IMG/VR virus record: IMGVR_UViG_3300014494_000005
Coordinates: 62,001 to 126,000 of that record
Length of the DNA: 64,000 nucleotides
Direction: 5' to 3' (one strand)
Shown here: positions 57,236-64,000 of the stretch, one piece after another
Position numbering within the stretch: position 1 is the first letter of the stretch
Layout of the letters: each line of letters opens with the position of its first letter
Translations under genes and position numbers: made by a program
The notes under the pieces: model-generated
What the model was told of the DNA's origin: nothing
Databases searched by the model: none
Seen by the model: the letters and a program-made list of their open reading frames with translations, nothing else

Positions 57236-59986
57236 TTATGGATTATCTAATTGTTTCCAACCACCACCATTATAGAAATATAAATGATTATCTGTGCAAC
57301 AAGTAAATATTGTACCTAGTGTTGGATTTGCTGGTGTTGTTGTTGGTGTTAAATTTAATATGTTATTTATTGTAACAGTACAACCAGTAACATTACCACA
57401 AATTATATTACCTATGGAAATTGAACAATTAATTGTTGATATACCACCAAGCATTGCTATTGAACAATCGCTACATGAAATACTATCACAACCAATTGCT
57501 ACTGAATATTTACCACACGTACGACTATCAGCCATTGCTACTGAATAACAACCATCTGCTTGACCACCAGCCATTGCTACAGAACTATAACCACCTGCAA
57601 CACCACTTGCCATTCCTACTGAATATGTTGCACTACCATATGTACTACTACCAGCTATTGCTATTGAACAAATACTACATGCAATACTATCAATCATTGC
57701 TATTGAACCACAACAATATGTAATGCTACCCACACCAATCGCTACAGAACAAGTTGCACCAGTATCAGTATAACCATTAATCATTGCCACTGAATTACAA
57801 CCAAATGTAGTTCCACCAATCATTGCTATTGAATTTATTGCTCCAGTTTGTGTTGTTCCATTAATCATTGCCACTGAATTACAACCAAATGTAGTTCCAC
57901 CAATCATTGCTATTGAACAATCGCTACAAACAATTCCATTAATCATTCCCACTGAATTAATTCCATATGTTTGACTACAAACCATTGCTACTGAAAAACA
58001 ACCAACTGCATGAGCACAAACCATTCCTACTGAAAAACAATTATTTGCTTGACCACCAGCCATTGCTACTGAATATGTTGCACCGCTTTGCGTTGCACCT
58101 AAAGCCATTGCTACTGAATTAATTCCGTTTGTTTGACCACCAGCCATTGCTACGGATTCATCACTAAAAGTAACACTTTCAGTATTCATTGCAATTGAGT
58201 TAATTCCGTTTGTGTAACCACAAGCCATTGCAACTGAATTAATTCCGTTTGTGCAACCACAAGCCATTGCAACTGAATTACAACAATTTGAAATACTACC
58301 ATTCATTGCTACTGAACATTCAGCACAAGTTAAACCACCAGTCATTGCTACTGAATTACAAGCCCAAGTACTACTATTAATACCAATTGCAATAGAACAA
58401 TCAGCACAAGTAATACCACCAAGCATTGCTACTGAATTAATACAATTTGTCTGACCACTAACCATTGCTACTGAATTAAAACCATTAGTAGTACCACCAG
58501 CCATTGCTACTGAAGAACAAGCATTAGTAAAACCATTAACCATTGCTACTGAATTATCACAAAATGTAATACCACCAGCCATTGCTACTGTATTACATCC
58601 AATACATGTAATACTATTACATCCAATAGCTACTGAATTACTACCAAAAGTAGTACCACCAGCCATTGCTACTGAAAAATAACCGCATGCTTGACCACAA
58701 GCCATTGCTACTGAACAATCAGAATATGTAATACCACAAACCATTGCTACTGAATTAAAACCACATACAGCAGTTCCACTAGCCATTGCTACTGAATTTG
58801 TTGCACCACTACAAGTAATACCACCAGCCATTGCTATTGAATTAATACCATATGTAGTTCCATCATTCATTGCTATTGAACAATCTCCATATGCTTCTCC
58901 AATCATTGATATTGAACAACAACCATGTGTTGCACCAATCATTGCTACTGACATACAACCAAATGCAGCACCACTAGCCATTGCTACTGAATTTGTTGCA
59001 CCAGTGTCTGTAAAACCATTAGCAATTGCCACTGAATTACAACCATGTGTTGCACCAACAGCCATTGCTACTGAATTACAACCATAAGTAATAGCATTAC
59101 CAATTGCTATTGAATTAATACCACAAGCAGTACCATTAGCCATTGCTATTGAATAATCAGCACAAGTATAACCACCAGCCATTGCTACAGAATTTGTTGC
59201 ACCACTATAAGTAGTACTACCACCAGCCATTGCTACTGAACCACAACCTAATGCTTGACTTCCATTATTAATTTGTAATGCATCTATTGTGTGGCAATAA
59301 ATTAAACCTGTACTACCACTTAATATATTATTTTTATTGAATATTATTTGTGTATCACTTGAACAAATATTAGTTCCACCAGTACTACCAGAAATTACAC
59401 TAATAACATAACCTTTGTCAACTAATGAACGATTAGTATAATTTACGCTATAATCACAATAATATTCAATACCTTTAAAACTACCAATATCGCTACAAAC
59501 TGTAATACCTGTTGGTATTATAGTTATTGCACTTCTTGAACCACTTCTTGCACCAATAAACACTTTATTATTACATGCTAAAATACAATCTCTTGTTACA
59601 GAAAAATATCCACCATTAAAATTAGCAGGATTACCTTGACCAACAGTTAATGTTATTTGGGAATTAAGTGGTAATGATATTAATGTATCACCAGTTAATA
59701 TACCACCTAACGATACTATATTACCATTTTTTGCTAAACCATTATTTGCACATAAAGTTGTACCACTGGCATTTTTAATTACCAAATTACCATCATTAGT
59801 ACCTGTTTGATACCAATATTCAGTATTAAGTATATTTACTGTTAAACCACTATATCTTTGTGATTGAGGAATGTCAGCATTAACTGCTGCAACACTCACA
59901 TATGGATAATTACAAGAATTTAAATATCTTGAATCAATTGGATTTCCAACATTAATCTTTAAATTATCATTTAATTGTATTGCCAT
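57236..59986 (-). CDS. Fibre/spike protein with YadA-head (Hep_Hag)-like beta-roll repeats
   Basis: Over 40 ~14-aa repeats S(V/I)AM.GG.(T/A); N-terminal NVGNPIDSRY domain. Confidence 0.8.
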   Translation of the reverse strand: MAIQLNDNLKINVGNPIDSRYLNSCNYPYVSVAAVNADIPQSQRYSGLTVNILNTEYWYQTGTNDGNLVIKNASGTTLCANNGLAKNGNIVSLGGILTGDTLISLPLNSQITLTVGQGNPANFNGGYFSVTRDCILACNNKVFIGARSGSRSAITIIPTGITVCSDIGSFKGIEYYCDYSVNYTNRSLVDKGYVISVISGSTGGTNICSSDTQIIFNKNNILSGSTGLIYCHTIDALQINNGSQALGCGSVAMAGGSTTYSGATNSVAMAGGYTCADYSIAMANGTACGINSIAIGNAITYGCNSVAMAVGATHGCNSVAIANGFTDTGATNSVAMASGAAFGCMSVAMIGATHGCCSISMIGEAYGDCSIAMNDGTTYGINSIAMAGGITCSGATNSVAMASGTAVCGFNSVAMVCGITYSDCSVAMACGQACGYFSVAMAGGTTFGSNSVAIGCNSITCIGCNTVAMAGGITFCDNSVAMVNGFTNACSSVAMAGGTTNGFNSVAMVSGQTNCINSVAMLGGITCADCSIAIGINSSTWACNSVAMTGGLTCAECSVAMNGSISNCCNSVAMACGCTNGINSVAMACGYTNGINSIAMNTESVTFSDESVAMAGGQTNGINSVAMALGATQSGATYSVAMAGGQANNCFSVGMVCAHAVGCFSVAMVCSQTYGINSVGMINGIVCSDCSIAMIGGTTFGCNSVAMINGTTQTGAINSIAMIGGTTFGCNSVAMINGYTDTGATCSVAIGVGSITYCCGSIAMIDSIACSICSIAIAGSSTYGSATYSVGMASGVAGGYSSVAMAGGQADGCYSVAMADSRTCGKYSVAIGCDSISCSDCSIAMLGGISTINCSISIGNIICGNVTGCTVTINNILNLTPTTTPANPTLGTIFTCCTDNHLYFYNGGGWKQLDNP
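57400..59260. repeat. ~42-48-bp degenerate repeat array (SVAM repeats)
   Basis: Recurrent ccattgctactgaa core throughout. Confidence 0.9.
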
Positions 59987-60005
59987 TTTTTTATATTTTT
60001 ATTTA

Positions 60006-61082
60006 TTAACTTATTAACATTGATGATGTTACACATGTTTGTTTATTACTAATATAAACTTTATAACTTTGTCCTGACCAACAAACTGTTGTAACACTAG
60101 TTATATTAGATGATGGAAATAAATTACATGCAGGACTAATACCGCCACCAATAGAACCATTATTAAGTGCAGTTATACACCAACATGTTTTATCTGTATT
60201 TGATGCTGGATATGCAAACCACAAATAATCATCACTACCACTATTAAAATTAATACTAATAGAACTTGATGAACTTGCAACAATTTTAGTTCCACCACCT
60301 ACCATAGCACTTGTTGCTGTTGGACGATTTGCTCCCGCAGCACCGGGACAAGTACATTTACCCCAAAAATATGGATAAATACCTGTTAATGATGCTGTTT
60401 GTTGTGTTGTATCACCAGCAGAAAGAGGTGAACCATAATTACCACCTGCACTATTTTTTGGCTGAACACCAGCACAATATGTTACACATGAACACCATGT
60501 TTGTGTACCCGCAGAAATAACATAAGAAGCAGCACATTTAGTTACACTTAATGCAGTGCATGCATAATTTCCAGTAACACCAACACCATTATATTTATAA
60601 CAACATGCACCATTACTTATTTTATTACATGTTGCTGTATATTGTGGATTAATACATCCTTGATTTAATGTAGTTATTACGCATAATGTTGAAATACTAC
60701 AACCAACTTCAAAAGTTCCTGAAGGATTTAAAGAAATTGAACTTGATGGATTAGTTAAAACTGGATTTAAAGTAGGAACTAATATTTCTTTTAGTATTTC
60801 GTTTGATGTTTTACCAGTTAAAATTGTTCCAACATCAATACCACCGACACATACTGAAGTAGGACTTGCTAATTTATAAACAGTACTACCAGTAGCACCA
60901 CTTGCTTGAAGGTCGACATATCTTTTATCAACAACTTGTGTATTTCCAGTAAAATCAGGATGTATTTGATATCTTAAATCACCAACTGTTGCAACTTGAG
61001 TTTTACCACTTAATACTAATGAACTATTTTGAGTTTGTTCAACATGTTGATTTGTTAATTTAATTTTTGTATTAAATGCCAT
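60006..61082 (-). CDS. Tail-associated structural protein
   Basis: VVDKRYVD; VGGI..GT.LTG.T..EIL..IL.PT..P; C-terminal YLWFAYP. Confidence 0.7.
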   Translation of the reverse strand: MAFNTKIKLTNQHVEQTQNSSLVLSGKTQVATVGDLRYQIHPDFTGNTQVVDKRYVDLQASGATGSTVYKLASPTSVCVGGIDVGTILTGKTSNEILKEILVPTLNPVLTNPSSSISLNPSGTFEVGCSISTLCVITTLNQGCINPQYTATCNKISNGACCYKYNGVGVTGNYACTALSVTKCAASYVISAGTQTWCSCVTYCAGVQPKNSAGGNYGSPLSAGDTTQQTASLTGIYPYFWGKCTCPGAAGANRPTATSAMVGGGTKIVASSSSSISINFNSGSDDYLWFAYPASNTDKTCWCITALNNGSIGGGISPACNLFPSSNITSVTTVCWSGQSYKVYISNKQTCVTSSMLIS

Positions 61083-61124
61083 AATTTTATTTATTATATA
61101 TTATAATTTTATTTTTCTTTTAAT

Positions 61125-61133
61125 AATAAATAG
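61125..61133 (-). promoter_or_regulatory. Variant motif (sense CTATTTATT)
   Basis: 43 nt before ATG 61082. Confidence 0.5.
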
Positions 61134-61174
61134 TTTTTTTATTCTTAATTATTTAACTATTTAAATATTATTCG

Positions 61175-63409
61175 TTAGTTAACAAAAGCAATTGCACTCC
61201 AAAAAATTCCATTATATACAAATGTTATTGAACCATAATCAGTATTAATTGTAGAATAACCACCATTGTTAATACATGTTCCATTACCATTAATTGTTAT
61301 TGGGTCTGCTAACGCATTTCCACAAATGTCGACAATTGTTATTTTTTGAGTGTAATTACAAACAACAACTGGTAATGATGGTAAAAATATTGGATGTGAT
61401 GAAACACCAGATACAGCAATAATATCATCGCAACTATATGTATAATAATTTTGATTTAATGTACAATAATAACCATTAAGTTTTATCTTAACAAGATTTG
61501 AAGTACCGCTTATTTGTTCATCAACATATTCTTTATCAGGAATCCAACGTGGATTATTATTACAATAATTACCGCCATATGTTAAACCACTATTACCAAG
61601 ATTAACTATTTTTAATGCACTTGAACATTTATTTGTAAATGTAATTCCAGTATTATAGATATTAATATTACTTCCATTTGAAAGATTTATACAATGATAC
61701 ATGCCAATATTTACACTATTACCAGATAATCCCCATTGTGCACTACTTCCATTTTGAGAACATATATTAAATTTTGAATCTGAATATATAGTATTTAAAC
61801 TAAAATCTGCAAGTCCATAAATATTTGTACTATCTGATTGTAAACGCAAACTATTATTACATAAATTAATAGTAGTAACACCAGTTAAATTACCACCAAG
61901 TTTAACTTGTCGTCCTTGTTTTGTTAAACCATTTGTTGCACCAGTTAGTGCTGAATTAAGTATTGTTTGAATTGTATTATCAAGACAAACATTATGACTA
62001 TCGTATTTACAAACACCATTTGTTGCACCAGTAACTGAAGTATTTAATGTGTTTTGTGTAATTGTAGTAAGACAAACATTATGACTATCGTATTTACATA
62101 TACCATTTGTAGCACCTGTTAATACTGAATTAAAAACAGTACCATCAAGACAAATATTATGATTATCATATTTACAAATGCCATTTGTTGCACCAGTAAC
62201 TGAAATATTTAATATGTTTTGTGTAATTGTACTGAGACAAGCATCATGACAACTATATTTTGTTAATCCACCAGTTACACCCGTTAATGTAGAATTAAGT
62301 ATTGTTTGAATTGTATTATCGAGACAAACATTATGACTATCGTATTTACAAACACCATTTGTTGCACCAGTAATTGTAACAGCAAGTATATCTTGTGTTG
62401 CATCATTAAGACTAATAATATGTGTTGTACCTGAAGTTGTAACAGTAATTCCTGTTCCTGCTTTAACATCAGTAACATGATTAAAATAAACAAATAATAA
62501 TGGAGTAGTGTCAACAATTATAGGGTCATCCGTTGCTAATACCCATGAAGTATTTTTATTTGTATCACCACTTAAAACCCATGCATATGAACCAGAAACT
62601 ACTTCACCACTTGGTGTACCATCGAAATCTATTGCACGTGTCCACGTACTTGCACTTGCAATCCAAATACCATTTGTTTTACCACTTGGTATAAATGGTA
62701 TTTGATTTTTTATTAAAACTCTATCACCATTTAAAAGTATAATACCATCAATTGTTGATAATCCACTGAAAGGATATGTTAAATTTGTTGTAGTAGCTAC
62801 TTTAACTACTTGTTTAGGTTTTAAACCAGTAACTATTTCATCCGCATATTGTTTAGTTATAAGAGAACGATTAGTGAAATAACTTTCATAATCACCACCA
62901 TATTTTATACCACCATTGTCTTCATAAGAAAATGAACCACCTGAAAATAAAAAAAGTAAACCAACATTATCAATACCAAAAATAGTTGTTAAACCACTTG
63001 TAGATACTTGAAAATCGGTGAGATTTGATAAACTTATATTATGTAAACCAATACCATTAATTGTTGTTCCACTTAAAAGATTACCACCTAATGCAACTGT
63101 TGTTCCACTATTTGCAAGATGTAAACCATTTGTTGCACCAGTTAATGTACCACTTCCACTTCCAACTTTTATCCAACTACTTGTTGAAGTATAGTTGTTA
63201 GCATCACATAAATAGAATAATCCTCTATTTACACCTGAAGCAACTGAAACTACTGCACCATCATAAAGCCAAACACTACCACTTCCACACCATGTTGCAG
63301 GTAATGTTAGGTCAGCATATGTACCAACTAATTGTTTTGCATCGATAGGTGCTTTTAAAAGACCTTCGAAATTTGCTGCAAAATTAAATGTACCTATATT
63401 TCTTGACAT
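61175..63409 (-). CDS. Tail fibre protein with 29-aa TGATNG.CKYD.HN.CL repeats
   Basis: N-terminal PIDAKQLV; VKVATT...RVLIKNQ module; C-terminal TIVDI.GNA...ITING..I...Y.S.TFVYNG.W. Confidence 0.8.
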   Translation of the reverse strand: MSRNIGTFNFAANFEGLLKAPIDAKQLVGTYADLTLPATWCGSGSVWLYDGAVVSVASGVNRGLFYLCDANNYTSTSSWIKVGSGSGTLTGATNGLHLANSGTTVALGGNLLSGTTINGIGLHNISLSNLTDFQVSTSGLTTIFGIDNVGLLFLFSGGSFSYEDNGGIKYGGDYESYFTNRSLITKQYADEIVTGLKPKQVVKVATTTNLTYPFSGLSTIDGIILLNGDRVLIKNQIPFIPSGKTNGIWIASASTWTRAIDFDGTPSGEVVSGSYAWVLSGDTNKNTSWVLATDDPIIVDTTPLLFVYFNHVTDVKAGTGITVTTSGTTHIISLNDATQDILAVTITGATNGVCKYDSHNVCLDNTIQTILNSTLTGVTGGLTKYSCHDACLSTITQNILNISVTGATNGICKYDNHNICLDGTVFNSVLTGATNGICKYDSHNVCLTTITQNTLNTSVTGATNGVCKYDSHNVCLDNTIQTILNSALTGATNGLTKQGRQVKLGGNLTGVTTINLCNNSLRLQSDSTNIYGLADFSLNTIYSDSKFNICSQNGSSAQWGLSGNSVNIGMYHCINLSNGSNINIYNTGITFTNKCSSALKIVNLGNSGLTYGGNYCNNNPRWIPDKEYVDEQISGTSNLVKIKLNGYYCTLNQNYYTYSCDDIIAVSGVSSHPIFLPSLPVVVCNYTQKITIVDICGNALADPITINGNGTCINNGGYSTINTDYGSITFVYNGIFWSAIAFVN
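61925..62385. repeat. ~87-bp degenerate tandem repeats in 744-aa fibre
   Basis: Recurrent gacaaacattatgactatcgtatttacaaacaccatttgttgcaccagt units, 5-6 copies. Confidence 0.85.
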
Positions 63410-63419
63410 ATTTTATATT

Positions 63420-64000
63420 TTAAAAAACTAATCTTATGCATACTGCGCTTCTATCAACACCATTATATGTATATCTACAATAACCAATTGAATTTCCTTG
63501 TATTGTTTCTGATGATGTGCTACAATTCCATAATGCTAATGAACTTCCTTGTGAACCACCCGGATATTCCCATTGTGCTGAAACAGTATTATATTGTTGA
63601 ACACCTACTAATGGTCTATTAGTTGGTGTACTGAGCCAAGCACATGGAATTTCAAATTTTTGTTTATTTGGACTACTATCTGAAACTAAATTCATTTGAA
63701 CATTATTTGCTGTGGTCATATCTACTAATGATTGTTTAGTTAAAACAGTAATACTTGAAGTTGTTCCAAAAAGAGGATAAACACCTACAATTGAACTGTT
63801 TGCAGCACTTGTACAACCTGCTGATAGTGCTGTACAATATTGTGTACCTTTACTACCTAAAGCAGGACTACCTGCATCATAACAAGTACAAACTCCCCAA
63901 CTTTGTGAACTTATTATAACACTATAACTTGGATTTGTTTGTATTGCAGGTGATGATGCACAACTCTGAAAACCAGAAGGCATTCCACAACCAGTAAAAC
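63420..64000 (-). CDS. Tail-associated protein, partial (frame open to right edge)
   Basis: Frame continues ...FTGCG-MPSGFQ upstream of 63983 with no stop before the window end. Confidence 0.7.
   Translation of the reverse strand, partial: FTGCGMPSGFQSCASSPAIQTNPSYSVIISSQSWGVCTCYDAGSPALGSKGTQYCTALSAGCTSAANSSIVGVYPLFGTTSSITVLTKQSLVDMTTANNVQMNLVSDSSPNKQKFEIPCAWLSTPTNRPLVGVQQYNTVSAQWEYPGGSQGSSLALWNCSTSSETIQGNSIGYCRYTYNGVDRSAVCIRLVF

Noticed and set aside
2043-60520. Short plus-strand ORFs in the track (e.g. 2043-2237, 10280-10648, 21770-22243, 28274-28735, 31294-31656, 53487-53825, 57294-57548)
   Set aside because: All are antisense shadows of long, motif-bearing minus-strand genes, with no recognisable domains or upstream signals
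57400-62385. CRISPR-like arrays in the repetitive right end
   Set aside because: Repeats are in-frame, degenerate at wobble positions and encode protein repeats; there are no unique spacers between identical repeats
3521-62517. Short minus-strand alternative-frame ORFs nested in real genes (e.g. 3521-3706, 9092-9274, 38911-39162, 44401-44616, 51477-51659)
   Set aside because: Fully overlapped by better-supported frames; composition is typical of off-frame translation of AT-rich DNA
1-64000. Stop-codon reassignment (code 15 or 4) as in some gut jumbo phages
   Set aside because: Genes are full-length and tightly packed under code 11. The stops I checked were TAA, plus one TGA in an ATGA overlap at 27861, and no gene appears split at TAG or TGA.
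49989-64000. Cys codons reassigned to another amino acid
   Set aside because: Cys replaces different residues in sibling modules, and catalytic or Zn-binding Cys motifs elsewhere (radical SAM, primase) read normally
1-64000. tRNA, rRNA or structured ncRNA genes
   Set aside because: Intergenic gaps are under ~130 nt and extremely AT-rich, and no cloverleaf or T-loop signature was seen; a tRNAscan/Infernal run would be decisive

Overview
A 64-kb, very AT-rich segment of a large T4-like (contractile-tailed, probably jumbo) dsDNA phage. Promoter signals point to a Bacteroidota host. Every credible gene is on the minus strand except one free-standing LAGLIDADG endonuclease (32665-33669). Contents: (i) replication/transcription genes (ECF-type sigma factor, DnaG-like primase, RuvC-like resolvase, family B DNA polymerase, HARP+SNF2 helicase, partial ArdC-like gene at the left edge); (ii) baseplate and tail-fibre genes (gp6-like, gp25-like, a 1509-aa virion protein, five Cys-rich repeat-containing fibre proteins) interspersed with four glycosyltransferase-like genes and a radical SAM gene; (iii) five homing-endonuclease-like insertions, four of them in two paralogous pairs; (iv) a ~15-kb island (26.4-41.9 kb) of enzyme-domain 'polyvalent' proteins. 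The strongest candidate for a novel system is this island. Two giant ORFs concatenate ParB + CCA-adding enzyme + ADP-ribosyltransferase, and three kinases + ART-like + metallopeptidase. Almost every domain boundary carries an (I/L)-x-E tripeptide, the known T4 prohead-protease cleavage consensus, suggesting head-packaged polyproteins cut into separate injected effectors. A HAD phosphatase and a 2H phosphodiesterase next to the CCA domain suggest tRNA 3'-end repair. A second genome-wide signal is a ~22-copy upstream motif, sense GTATTTATA, which is the reverse complement of the T4 late promoter and flips strand with the single plus-strand gene. No tRNA, rRNA, CRISPR array, reverse transcriptase or stop-codon recoding was seen. 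All functional calls come from motif recognition by eye, without database searches.
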